Translations under genes and position numbers: made by a program
NCBI GenBank assembly: GCA_017306245.1
Contig: JAFKIY010000002.1
Location: forward strand, 145,412 to 209,411
Length of the DNA: 64,000 nt
Reading direction: 5' to 3'
Origin: Micrococcales bacterium
GTDB lineage: Bacteria > Actinomycetota > Actinomycetes > Actinomycetales > Microbacteriaceae
In this document: positions 55,249 through 64,000 of the stretch, in pieces
Layout of the letters: every line of letters begins with the position of its first letter
How positions within the stretch are numbered: position 1 is the stretch's first letter
The notes under the pieces: model-generated
Database searches by the model: none
Told to the model about the DNA's origin: nothing
What the model saw: the letters and a program-made list of their open reading frames with translations, nothing else

Positions 55249-55617
55249 ATGATTGTGGGGATCGGAGTCGATGTCGTCGACCTGGCCCGGTTTGAACGGG
55301 CCGTGCAGCGAACCCCTGCGCTTCTGACCCGTTTGTTCGCTGAGAGCGAACAAGTCAAGGATGGCCAGCGACTGGCACTCCACTCCCTGGCCGCGCGGTT
55401 TGCGGCAAAGGAGGCCCTGATCAAGGCGCTTGGAGACTCGACCGGGGTGACCTGGCACGACATGCCGATCGTGTCCGATGGTTTGCGGAACCCGTCGTTC
55501 GCGCTCACCGGGGGCGTCGAGGCGATTGCCGCGGAACGGGGCATCACGGCCATCCACCTGACCATGAGCCACGACGCGGGCATTGCCATCGCGTATGTGA
55601 TCGCGGAGTCCGCGTGA
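55249..55617 (+). CDS. acpS: Holo-[acyl-carrier-protein] synthase
   Basis: 122 aa. MIVGIGVDVVDLARFERA..., FAAKEALIKA. Confidence 0.92.
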   Translation: MIVGIGVDVVDLARFERAVQRTPALLTRLFAESEQVKDGQRLALHSLAARFAAKEALIKALGDSTGVTWHDMPIVSDGLRNPSFALTGGVEAIAAERGITAIHLTMSHDAGIAIAYVIAESA

Positions 55618-56723
55618 GCCCGCGCGCCCTCCGCGAGGCCCGGGTCAGCCTCGAGGCGATCTCGGCCAACGTCGAGGCGATCAGGCGGATCGTCGGAACC
55701 GAGCACTTCATGGCCGTCGTCAAGGCGAATGCCTACGGACACGGCGCTGTGGCGGCCTCCCGCGCCGCCCTCGATGGCGGTGCCGACTGGCTGGGCGTGA
55801 TCGATTCCGCCGAGGCGATGGCGCTGCGTGCTGCCGGCATCACTGCTCCCATCCTCACCTGGCTCCACGGACCCGACGACCCTCTCGCCGACGCCGCGGG
55901 AGCCTCGATCGATGTCGGTGTGAGCTCGATCGCGGAACTGGAGCGTGCCGCTGCTGCGGACGTCGCGGCCGTTCAGATCAAGGTGGACACCGGGCTCGGC
56001 CGAAACGGAGCTGAGGAATCGACGTGGGGAGAGCTCTTCGAGCGAGCTCGCAACCTGGAGCGCGCGGGCGGCCCGCACGTGCGCGGTTTGTTCAGCCACC
56101 TGGCCAATGCCGGGGAGGATGCGGATGCCGCCCAGCTGGTTGCGTTCGAGCGCGCAAAGCAGGCCGCGGCATCCGCGCAACTCGTTCCGGAACTGTTCCA
56201 TATCGCCGCAACTCAGGGTGCTCTCCGCCGACCGGAATCACGCCACAATCTGGTGCGGGTCGGCCTCGGATGCTACGGCCTCTCGCCGTTCGACGGGGTC
56301 GAACCGGCATCCCTGGGGCTTCAGCCCGCGCTGGAGTTGAGCGCTGCCGTCGTCTCGGTGAAGCGCGTGCCGGCGGGAACGGGCATCTCCTACGGGCACA
56401 CCTACCGTACCGAGCGCGAAACATCGCTCGCTCTCATTCCCCTTGGCTACGGCGACGGCATCCCGCGGCACGCCTCCGACCGCGGCCCCGTCGTCATCAA
56501 CGGCGAACGATTCACGGTATCGGGCGTCATCGCGATGGACCAGTTCGTCGTGGACGTCGGCGACGCGTCCGTGGCCGTCGGGGACCGCGCCGTGCTGTTC
56601 GGCGACCCCGGCGCCGGTTCACCAACGGCGACGGAGTGGGCGGATGCCGCTGGAACGATCAACTACGAGATCATCACGAGGCTGGGCCCGAGGATCGAGT
56701 ACCGCAACGTCGGAGGCAGGTGA
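55614..56723 (+). CDS. alr: Alanine racemase
   Basis: 369 aa. PLP-lysine motif AVVKANAYGHGA. The GTG overlaps the acpS stop. Confidence 0.92.
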   Translation: MSPRALREARVSLEAISANVEAIRRIVGTEHFMAVVKANAYGHGAVAASRAALDGGADWLGVIDSAEAMALRAAGITAPILTWLHGPDDPLADAAGASIDVGVSSIAELERAAAADVAAVQIKVDTGLGRNGAEESTWGELFERARNLERAGGPHVRGLFSHLANAGEDADAAQLVAFERAKQAAASAQLVPELFHIAATQGALRRPESRHNLVRVGLGCYGLSPFDGVEPASLGLQPALELSAAVVSVKRVPAGTGISYGHTYRTERETSLALIPLGYGDGIPRHASDRGPVVINGERFTVSGVIAMDQFVVDVGDASVAVGDRAVLFGDPGAGSPTATEWADAAGTINYEIITRLGPRIEYRNVGGR

Positions 56724-57196
56724 TGAAGCTCACCATTGCGACGCCGGAGGAGATGGAAGAGCTCGGCGCCCGGCTCGCCGACCGGCTGCAGGCCGGCGAT
56801 CTCATCGCATTGAACGGGGAGCTCGGTGCGGGCAAGACCACGCTCACGCGCGGACTCGGGAGGGCGCTGGGCGTGCGCGGCAGGGTCACGAGCCCGACGT
56901 TCGTGCTCGCACGGACGCATCCGCGCGCGGAGGGCGCGCCTCTCGTGCACGTGGATGCGTACCGGCTTTCGAACGCCGCAGACCTCGACGACCTCGACCT
57001 CGACTACCGGGGTTCCATCGTCGTGGTGGAGTGGGCGGCCGGGATGGTCGATGCGGTCGCCGACTCGTGGCTGGATATCCACATCGCCAGGCCCACCGGC
57101 GCGTCGGGGCCGAACGCCGCCGACAGCGACGAGGTGGAGCCGCGGGAGGTCACCATCACCGGCCATGGTCCTCGGTTCGCGGACTTTAGGCTGTAG
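56723..57196 (+). CDS. tsaE: tRNA t6A37 biosynthesis ATPase TsaE
   Basis: ATG at 56723 (TGATG overlap). LNGELGAGKTTLTRGL Walker A. 157 aa. Confidence 0.9.
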   Translation: MKLTIATPEEMEELGARLADRLQAGDLIALNGELGAGKTTLTRGLGRALGVRGRVTSPTFVLARTHPRAEGAPLVHVDAYRLSNAADLDDLDLDYRGSIVVVEWAAGMVDAVADSWLDIHIARPTGASGPNAADSDEVEPREVTITGHGPRFADFRL

Positions 57197-57198
57197 TC

Positions 57199-57831
57199 AT
57201 GCTTCTCGCGATCGACACCTCGGCGGGAACCGGCGTCGCCCTCGTCGAGGGGGACACGATCCTGGCCCAGCGCGCCGTCGAGGACACCCGCCGCCACGCG
57301 GAAGTGATCGGTTCCCTCATGACGGAGTGCCTCGCGGATGCGGGGGTCGCCGTTGCCGCGCTCTCCGGGATCGCGGTCGGAATGGGTCCGGGGCCGTTCA
57401 CCGGCTTGCGGGTCGGGATTGCCGCGGCGAATGCTTTCGCGCTCGGTGCGCAGAAGCCCGTGCTGCGGGTCGTGAGCCACGATGCGCTCGCCTTCGGCCA
57501 CTACGCGTCCGGCGGCAGTGGAGCGCTTCTCGTGACCACTGACGCGCGCCGAAGGGAGCGGTACTGGTCCGCATATTCAGGCTGCGACGGGCACGTCCTT
57601 CCCGTGCGGTCGGCGGGTCCGGGTATCGTCCACCCCGACGCACTGGAGTGCGAACTGCCCGAGTATGGCAGTCACTTTCGCGTGGACGCCGAGTGGGTTT
57701 CCGCCGGCGCGGTGGGGCTCCTCGCCGAACGGCTGGCTTCGCACGGCCGCGAGTTCGCCGGGCGCTCGCCCCTGTACCTGCGGTCGCCGGATGTCACGCT
57801 TTCCGCCGGACCGAAACGGGTCACCTCATGA
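57199..57831 (+). CDS. tsaB: tRNA t6A37 biosynthesis protein TsaB
   Basis: 210 aa. [19 protein letters not shown]..., [11 protein letters not shown]. Confidence 0.9.
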   Translation: MLLAIDTSAGTGVALVEGDTILAQRAVEDTRRHAEVIGSLMTECLADAGVAVAALSGIAVGMGPGPFTGLRVGIAAANAFALGAQKPVLRVVSHDALAFGHYASGGSGALLVTTDARRRERYWSAYSGCDGHVLPVRSAGPGIVHPDALECELPEYGSHFRVDAEWVSAGAVGLLAERLASHGREFAGRSPLYLRSPDVTLSAGPKRVTS

Positions 57832-58385
57832 CCTGGCAGCTGCGGCGCGCCGACTCCGGCGATCTGGGTCGCATCATGGCACTGGAAACGTCTACCTTCG
57901 AGACGGACGCCTGGTCGGCGGAGACCATGCGCGGGGAACTCGAGAACCCCAACTGCTGGTATCTCGTCGCGTTTCGCCCGGAGACGCCGGGCCAACTCGA
58001 CGGCTACGCGGGGCTCCTCATCCCGCGCGGGGCAAAGGAGGCCGACATCCAGACGATCGCCGTCGCACCCGAGGTGCGCAGGTCCGGCCTCGGGCGCACC
58101 CTCATGGTCACGCTCATCAACGAGGCGGCGAAGCGCGGCGCGGAAGAGGTGTTCCTCGAAGTTCGAGCCGACAATCCGGCTGCCCAGGAGCTGTACCGCA
58201 CCCTCGGGTTCGAACAGCTCGCGGTACGGCCGCAGTATTACCAGCCCGACGGCGTGGACGCGATCGTCATGCGGATCGTCCCGATTCCCCGAGGGCCGGC
58301 GCTCGCCGAACCGGAGAAGCCGGCGCAGCGGTCCAGGCACGAGGCGAGGGGCGTCACCGACCTGGACGGGCAGGTGGAGCAGTGA
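57828..58385 (+). CDS. rimI: Ribosomal-protein-alanine N-acetyltransferase (GNAT)
   Basis: ATG at 57828 (ATGA overlap). [17 protein letters not shown] acetyl-CoA motif. Located between tsaB and tsaD. Confidence 0.85.
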   Translation: MTWQLRRADSGDLGRIMALETSTFETDAWSAETMRGELENPNCWYLVAFRPETPGQLDGYAGLLIPRGAKEADIQTIAVAPEVRRSGLGRTLMVTLINEAAKRGAEEVFLEVRADNPAAQELYRTLGFEQLAVRPQYYQPDGVDAIVMRIVPIPRGPALAEPEKPAQRSRHEARGVTDLDGQVEQ

Positions 58386-59431
58386 ACCGCTCCGCTCCGC
58401 TCGTGCTCGGCATCGAAACCAGTTGCGACGAAACCGGCGTGGGGATCGTGCGCGGCGAGACGCTGCTGGCCAATGTCATCGCTTCGTCGATGGAGGAGCA
58501 CGCGCGGTACGGCGGGGTCGTGCCCGAAATCGCCGCGAGGGCGCACCTCGAAGCGTTCACGCCCACCCTCGAGTCTGCGCTGGCCGAGGCGGGGGTGGCT
58601 CTGACGGACCTCGATGCGATCGCCGTCACGAGCGGCCCGGGGCTCTCCGGCGCGCTCATGGTGGGCATCGCCGCCGCGAAGGCGCTTGCCGTGTCCCTCG
58701 ACAAACCGCTGTACGCGGTGAACCACCTCGTCGGGCACGTGGGTGTCGATGTGCTCGCGGGCGACGAGCTGGAATATCCGACGATCGCCCTGCTCGTCTC
58801 GGGCGGCCACACCTCGCTCCTGCTCGTGCGGGACCTCGTATCGGATGTCGAATTGTTGGGCGAGACTATAGACGATGCGGCGGGGGAGGCGTTCGACAAA
58901 GTCGCCCGCCTGCTCGGGCTCCCCTACCCCGGAGGACCGGAAATCGACCGCGCGGCACGCGATGGCGACCCGCAGGCGATCCGGTTTCCGCGCGGGCTCA
59001 GCCTTCCCAGAGATCTCGAGGAGCACCGCTACGACTTCTCGTTCTCTGGCTTGAAGACCGCGGTGGCGCGGCACGTCGAGCGGCTGCGCGATGCGGGCGA
59101 GGATGTTCCGATTGCGGATATCGCAGCGAGCTTCCGCGAGGCGGTGATCGACGTGCTCATTACGAAGGCGCTCGCGGCCTGCGTCGACCTGGGGGTGCCG
59201 CGGCTGCTTCTGGGCGGGGGCGTCGTCGCCAATGCGAGGCTGCGCGACGTGGCGGCGCAACGTAGCGCCGAAGCGGGCGTCGCCTTGCGCATTCCGCCGC
59301 TGTCCCTGTGCACGGACAACGGCGCGATGATCGCCGCGCTGGGCGCTCAACTGATCATGTCGGGTCACGAACCGTCAGGTCTCGAGTTTGGCTCGGATTC
59401 CACGCTGCCGGTAACCGAAATACTGGTGTGA
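58382..59431 (+). CDS. tsaD: tRNA N6-adenosine threonylcarbamoyltransferase
   Basis: GTG at 58382 (GTGA overlap). [22 protein letters not shown]... and [10 protein letters not shown] motifs. Confidence 0.95.
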   Translation: MNRSAPLVLGIETSCDETGVGIVRGETLLANVIASSMEEHARYGGVVPEIAARAHLEAFTPTLESALAEAGVALTDLDAIAVTSGPGLSGALMVGIAAAKALAVSLDKPLYAVNHLVGHVGVDVLAGDELEYPTIALLVSGGHTSLLLVRDLVSDVELLGETIDDAAGEAFDKVARLLGLPYPGGPEIDRAARDGDPQAIRFPRGLSLPRDLEEHRYDFSFSGLKTAVARHVERLRDAGEDVPIADIAASFREAVIDVLITKALAACVDLGVPRLLLGGGVVANARLRDVAAQRSAEAGVALRIPPLSLCTDNGAMIAALGAQLIMSGHEPSGLEFGSDSTLPVTEILV

Positions 59432-59460
59432 GCTCTCTTGCCGCCAGACGGCTTGGCCCG

Positions 59461-59489
59461 TTGACACCCGTGTGAACCGGTGAGACTAT
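59461..59489 (+). promoter_or_regulatory. Candidate promoter for the DUF4190-like gene
   Basis: TTGACA-N17-GACTAT. Motif match only. Confidence 0.3.
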
Positions 59490-59531
59490 GGCTGCGCTGG
59501 ACGAATGTCCACATCAACCCTTGGAGATCAC

Positions 59532-59867
59532 ATGACTGACCCCAACGTACCTGCAACGCCACCCGCCCCGGCGCCGGCTGCGCCCTATACTGCTGCGGCT
59601 CCCGCAGGCAAGCCCACCAATGTCCTCGCGATCATCGCCTTGATCGCTGCATTTGTGTTCCCGCTCGCGGGAATCATCTGCGGGCACATCGCGCTCGGCC
59701 AGATCAAGAAGACCGGAGAGGGCGGGCACGGACTCGCACTCTGGGGCACGATCCTCGGATACGTGTTCACGATCCTGTGGCTTCTGATCTTCCTGATGTC
59801 CTTCCTCATTCCGTTGATGATCCTCGGATCGACCGGAAGCATCATCAGCCAGATTCCGAACTACTAA
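59532..59867 (+). CDS. DUF4190-like small membrane protein
   Basis: ORF 59505..59867. The ATG at 59532 is preceded by GGAGA. Pro/Ala-rich N-terminus, then two TM helices with a GHIALGQIKKTGEGG loop typical of DUF4190. Confidence 0.7.
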   Translation: MTDPNVPATPPAPAPAAPYTAAAPAGKPTNVLAIIALIAAFVFPLAGIICGHIALGQIKKTGEGGHGLALWGTILGYVFTILWLLIFLMSFLIPLMILGSTGSIISQIPNY

Positions 59868-59911
59868 ACCTCCGTCAGCCGGTGGCCTCGCGAAAGTGGG
59901 GCCACCGCTCG

Positions 59912-61114
59912 TTAAGGGGTCGGGTTGGCCGGAACCGCTGGTTCGCGCTCCGCCAGGATCGCCGTGTGGCGCCCCGCGATGCGCGTCAGGATGAGCGTCG
60001 CCGCGGCATCGCCTTTCAGGCTGAGCTTCTTCCTGAGTTCGGCCGGGTCGACATCCACCCCGCGCTTCTTGATCTCGAGCGTTCCGATGCCGCGCGCGGC
60101 GATCAGCCTCTTGAGCGCCTTCACGTCGTAGGGGAGCGACTCTACCACCCTGAACCGGGCTGCGAACGGCGTATCGACTGCGGTGTCGGAACTGAGCCAG
60201 GCAATTCCTTTGCTCAGCATCGTCGCGTCGATGCTTCGGCCGAGATCGCCGATCAGCCGCGCGCGAATGACCGCGCCATCCGGCTCGTACACAAACTCGC
60301 CGAGCGGCCCGACCGGCACGTCTTCGCTGTCGCCATCCGCCGACAACTCCGCGAAGCCGTGCGCGCCGAGAACCGTCGCGGTGCGCCGGATCCGCTTCCG
60401 AGCGAGCTCGCCGAACCATAGGGCGAGTTCGACGACGGTGCCGTTCGCGGAAACCCACTGCGCCTCGCAACCTTCCGGAATGAGCCCGCGATCAATTCCA
60501 GGGCCGAGTTTGATTCCGGTCGGAAGCCGCTCGGCGACGGCGAAGGCGACATCGAGGGAGGGGGACCAGTCCGCCGGGTTTTTCAAGCGCTTCGACGCGT
60601 TGCGCCTCGCCGGGTCGAGCCAGGCGCCCTCGAAACCATCGAGCGGAAAGGATTGCGCATCGGCATTGACGACTTCGGCATTCGACCACGGCGCGAGGTT
60701 GTACGCGGCGATCGCCGCCGTGACCTCGTCGCGTTCGACGCCGGTGACTTCGAGGTCGAGCGCCGCCATCGCGAGTGCGTCGCCGCCGATCCCGCAACCG
60801 AGATCGACGACCGTGTGAAGTCCTGCCACGCGAAACCGCTCAGCGTGCCGTGCGGCGACCGTGAGCCTCGTTGCCTGCTCCAGTCCGGCCTCGGTGAACA
60901 GCATGCGATCCGCGAACTCGGAGAACTTCTCCCGCGCCCTCCTGCGCAGTTTGGACTGGCTCAGCACGGCGGCGACGAGCGCTGCCGGATGCCCGGCCGA
61001 ACGCAGCCGGGCGACCATGCGCACGACATCCGCGGACGATTCGTAGGGGGGCAGGGAGTCGAGCAACCGCAACCCCCCGGGCGAAAGGAGTGTGAGAAGC
61101 TCGCCCTGATCCAT
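59912..61114 (-). CDS. Class I SAM-dependent methyltransferase (THUMP-like C-terminal region)
   Basis: ORF 59912..61186 with likely ATG at 61114 (MDQGELLTLL). SAM motif VVDLGCGIGGDALAMA. Confidence 0.75.
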   Translation of the reverse strand: MDQGELLTLLSPGGLRLLDSLPPYESSADVVRMVARLRSAGHPAALVAAVLSQSKLRRRAREKFSEFADRMLFTEAGLEQATRLTVAARHAERFRVAGLHTVVDLGCGIGGDALAMAALDLEVTGVERDEVTAAIAAYNLAPWSNAEVVNADAQSFPLDGFEGAWLDPARRNASKRLKNPADWSPSLDVAFAVAERLPTGIKLGPGIDRGLIPEGCEAQWVSANGTVVELALWFGELARKRIRRTATVLGAHGFAELSADGDSEDVPVGPLGEFVYEPDGAVIRARLIGDLGRSIDATMLSKGIAWLSSDTAVDTPFAARFRVVESLPYDVKALKRLIAARGIGTLEIKKRGVDVDPAELRKKLSLKGDAAATLILTRIAGRHTAILAEREPAVPANPTP

Positions 61115-61231
61115 CTCCCCATTCTGGTCCCAAATGAAGGCAGTGCGGGTCGGCGGGCACCGGATCTCGAGTGACTTCTGCCTCACCGGGCCGGAATGCC
61201 TTCATTTGGGATCGACACCGAGGGGGAAGCA

Positions 61232-61258
61232 ATTGGCACTCACGTTGCACGAGTGCCA
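61232..61258 (+). promoter_or_regulatory. CIRCE (HrcA operator) copy 1
   Basis: TTGGCACTC-N9-GAGTGCCAG compared with the consensus TTAGCACTC-N9-GAGTGCTAA. Confidence 0.75.
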
Positions 61259-61278
61259 GCCAGACGAGTACAGTTGAT

Positions 61279-61305
61279 CTGGCACACTCGCAGTGAGAGT
61301 GCTAA
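61279..61305 (+). promoter_or_regulatory. CIRCE (HrcA operator) copy 2
   Basis: CTGGCACAC-N9-GAGTGCTAA, with a perfect right half. It lies 40 nt upstream of the groES start. Confidence 0.7.
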
Positions 61306-61344
61306 CCCCATGAATTTTCACGTGTAAGAAAGAAGAGGTCAACC

Positions 61345-61641
61345 GTGTCGGTGTCCATCAAGCCGCTCGAGGATCGCATCGTCATCAAGCAGGTCGACGC
61401 AGAGCAGGTAACAGCTTCCGGTCTCGTCATTCCTGACACGGCGAAGGAAAAGCCGCAGGAAGGCGAAGTCATCGCCGTCGGACCGGGCCGCATCGATGAC
61501 AACGGAAACCGCGTACCGCTCGACATCGCAGTGGGTGACAAGGTCATCTACTCGAAGTACGGCGGCACCGAGGTCAAGTTCGGTGGAGACGACCTTCTGG
61601 TTCTCTCCGCCCGCGACGTTCTCGCGGTCGTAGTCCGCTAA
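61345..61641 (+). CDS. groES: Co-chaperonin GroES
   Basis: 98 aa with GTG start. [45 protein letters not shown]. Confidence 0.97.
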   Translation: MSVSIKPLEDRIVIKQVDAEQVTASGLVIPDTAKEKPQEGEVIAVGPGRIDDNGNRVPLDIAVGDKVIYSKYGGTEVKFGGDDLLVLSARDVLAVVVR

Positions 61642-61656
61642 GACATCCGTCTCAGA

Positions 61657-61689
61657 AGAAGGCCCGCCGGCGTGTTCGGCGGGCCTTCT
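61657..61689 (+). terminator. Terminator hairpin directly after groES
   Basis: agaaggcccgccg-gcgtgtt-cggcgggccttct, a 13-bp perfect stem. Confidence 0.7.
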
Positions 61690-61711
61690 CTGTGGCCGTA
61701 GAGTGAACCTG

Positions 61712-62650
61712 ATGTCAGAACTCCGGCCACCCGCATCGCTCGCGCCCGAATCCCGCGCCGGCCTGTTCTACGCCATCGCCGCCTACGGACTGTGGGGCTT
61801 CTTCCCCCTGTACTTTCTCGTCCTCGCGCCGGCGGGGCCGTTCGAGATCGTCGCCTGGCGGGTCCTGTTTTCCGTGGTGTTCTGCGCGCTCATCATCCTT
61901 GTTCTCAGGCGCGGCGGCAAGATTGCGCGGATCATGCGCAATCGGCGCACCATGATCGCTCTCGGCGTCGGCGGCGTGCTGGTCTTCGTCAACTGGCAGG
62001 TCTATGTTCTGGCTGTCGTGACGGAGCGCGTGAACGAGGCGGCACTCGGGTACTTCATCAATCCGATCGTCACCGTTCTTCTCGGCGTGGTCGTGCTGCG
62101 CGAGAAGCTGCGCATCATGCAGTGGATTGCCGTGGGGATCAGCGCGGTGGCTGTGCTCGTCCTCGGCATCTTCAACGGCTCGTTCCCCTGGATCTCCCTC
62201 GCGCTGGCATTCTCGTTCGGCCTCTATGGGCTGGTCAAAAAGCGGGTGAGCGGTACTGTCGACGCCCTCACGGGCCTCGCCGTCGAGACGGCGTGGCTGG
62301 CGCCGATCGCCATCCTTCAACTGGTCTTCGTGGGAGTGACGACGGGAGTCGTGTTTGGCACGGCCGGCGTCGCCAACACGGCGCTTCTTGCCGCCGCCGG
62401 GATCGTGACCTCCATTCCCCTGCTGCTTTTCGCCGCGGCCGCCCGCCGGTTGCCGCTCTTCATCATCGGTTTCATCCAATACCTGACACCGACCCTGCAG
62501 TTCCTCATCGGCACGTTTCTGCTCCTTGAGGCGATGCCGTTCGAACGGTGGGTCGGATTCTCGCTCGTGTGGTTTGCGCTCGTTCTGTTCAGCATCGACA
62601 TGGCCCTCCACACGCGGTCTGTGCGACGCGCCTTACCGCTGCCCGGCTGA
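61712..62650 (+). CDS. rarD: EamA/RarD family permease
   Basis: ORF 61703..62650. 10 TM helices. LFYAIAAYGLWGFFPLYF is typical of RarD. Confidence 0.8.
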   Translation: MSELRPPASLAPESRAGLFYAIAAYGLWGFFPLYFLVLAPAGPFEIVAWRVLFSVVFCALIILVLRRGGKIARIMRNRRTMIALGVGGVLVFVNWQVYVLAVVTERVNEAALGYFINPIVTVLLGVVVLREKLRIMQWIAVGISAVAVLVLGIFNGSFPWISLALAFSFGLYGLVKKRVSGTVDALTGLAVETAWLAPIAILQLVFVGVTTGVVFGTAGVANTALLAAAGIVTSIPLLLFAAAARRLPLFIIGFIQYLTPTLQFLIGTFLLLEAMPFERWVGFSLVWFALVLFSIDMALHTRSVRRALPLPG

Positions 62651-62670
62651 TGCTCAGATAATCTTCGGGA

Positions 62671-63948
62671 GTGCACCACCACGCGAACACTCCCCGACCG
62701 CACCGCCGCGCCCTCGTCGCCGCGATCGTCGGCGCACTGTGCGTCACGCTGTCCGCGTGCTCCCCCGAGCCCATGCCGGTTCCGACGACGACACCCAGCC
62801 CGACGGCGCTGCCCGCCGGAGACGGCGTCCTGACGATCGGCACCCTGTTTCCCACTACGGGCGCCACAACATTTCTCGCACGTGCCCAGGATGCCGGGGT
62901 CGAGCTCGCGGTTCGCGAGATCAATGAGGCCGGCGGCGTCAACGGAAAGCCCGTCGTCGTGTACCACCGCGATTCCGGCGACGCAAGCACGACCAAGGCG
63001 GAGTCCTCGTTCGAAGACCTCGTCGCCAAGAAAGTCGATGTGGTGATCGGGCCGTCCTCCTCCGTTCTGGCGGAGAGGCTCCTCCCGAAGGTCATCGCGG
63101 CAGGCGTGGTGATGATTTCCCCCTCCGCCACGAGCCCCGTGTTGTCGACGCTGAAAGACCAGGGCATGTTGTTCCGCACCATCCCGTCTGCGGCGTTGGA
63201 AGGTTCGGCGCTCGCCGAGGTCGTGGGAAAGGATCACAAGGTCGCCGTCATCTACTATCTGGACGACGCGGATCGAGCACTGCGGGATCAGCTGGCGGCC
63301 GGGCTGGACAAGGTCGGCAGCACTTTGGTGGCCAGCGAGGCCTTCTCGGCGACAATCAACGACGCGGACAAGATCGTTTCGGTGCTCACCAAGGCCGAAC
63401 CGGATGTCGTCATTCTGGCGAGCCCGTTCAACGCGATGTCCAAGAACAAGGCCATCATCAGCGCGCTGGCCAAGGCAAAATTCGCGGGCTCCAAGCTGTG
63501 GCTGACCAGCCAGAATCTCGCCGACTATTCGCAGGAACTCCCGAAGGGAACCCTCACCGACGCGAACGGCATCCTCGAGGGCGCCGTGCCGGATACGGCG
63601 TTCCAGAAACGGGTGAAGAGCGCCGACCCCGCGGTGAAGGACTATCGGTATGCGGCCGAAGCATACGATGCGACGATCCTCGCCGCCCTCGCGGCGATTG
63701 TGGCCGGCAACGACAGTGGACGGGCCGTCGCAGCGACACTGCAGGCCGTTTCGGCCTCCGGGATCAAGTGCACGAGCTTCGGCGAGTGCCTCGATGTGTT
63801 GAAAACCAGGGACGACATCGACTACGACGGGATATCCGGACCCATCGGCTTCGACGATGCCGGAGATCCGCATCCCGCAACCTACGGGCTCTATCGCTAC
63901 GGTGCCGACAATCGCTTCAAACTGGTGGGAACCGTCGTCGCGGGCTGA
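62671..63948 (+). CDS. ABC transporter substrate-binding lipoprotein (LivJ/Peripla_BP_6-like, branched-chain amino acid type)
   Basis: 425 aa. Lipobox LSACS. LTIGTLFPTTGATTFLARAQDAGVELAVREINEAGGVNGKPV is typical of the family. Confidence 0.8.
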   Translation: MHHHANTPRPHRRALVAAIVGALCVTLSACSPEPMPVPTTTPSPTALPAGDGVLTIGTLFPTTGATTFLARAQDAGVELAVREINEAGGVNGKPVVVYHRDSGDASTTKAESSFEDLVAKKVDVVIGPSSSVLAERLLPKVIAAGVVMISPSATSPVLSTLKDQGMLFRTIPSAALEGSALAEVVGKDHKVAVIYYLDDADRALRDQLAAGLDKVGSTLVASEAFSATINDADKIVSVLTKAEPDVVILASPFNAMSKNKAIISALAKAKFAGSKLWLTSQNLADYSQELPKGTLTDANGILEGAVPDTAFQKRVKSADPAVKDYRYAAEAYDATILAALAAIVAGNDSGRAVAATLQAVSASGIKCTSFGECLDVLKTRDDIDYDGISGPIGFDDAGDPHPATYGLYRYGADNRFKLVGTVVAG

Positions 63949-64000
63949 TTCACACAAAGGACTCAGACGGGGCGTCTATCCCCCATTTAGGGGCCAAATG

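Overview
High-GC actinobacterial chromosome segment, probably Micrococcales/Microbacteriaceae-like (inferred from protein sequences and gene order). Nearly everything is on the + strand and most of it is core housekeeping. In order: a crcB pair, a PQQ-dependent sugar dehydrogenase, a polyamine gene pair, rpoB-rpoC, a 12-gene type IV pilus (T4P) locus, rpsL-rpsG-fusA-tuf, an orphan AbiEi-like gene, the S10/spc/alpha ribosomal-protein operons (rpsJ to rplQ with secY, adk, infA, rpmJ, rpoA), a tandem-GNAT gene, truA, rplM-rpsI, glmM, coaA (minus strand), glmS, acpS, alr, tsaE-tsaB-rimI-tsaD, a DUF4190-like gene, a methyltransferase (minus strand), groES, rarD and an ABC solute-binding lipoprotein. 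The only clearly accessory block is the monoderm-type T4P machine (pilB, pilT, pilC, a pilin, three prepilin-like proteins, pilD, pilMNO) lying between rpoC and rpsL. Its PilT has a Pro/Ala-rich N-terminal extension and two of its minor pilins are very large. Non-coding features worth a second look are a REP-like palindromic repeat family with core GGCCAGAAATGGCC (five copies, all just 3' of genes), a 125-bp element with perfect 22-bp inverted arms after rpoC, a perfect 20-bp palindrome upstream of the AbiEi-like gene, and two CIRCE operators before a groES that has no groEL. Several ribosomal proteins carry long low-complexity extensions, most notably L15. The genes rpsN, map and rpsD are absent from their usual operon positions. 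I found no convincing wholly new system beyond these. All coordinates were counted by hand, and no database search or folding calculation was possible.
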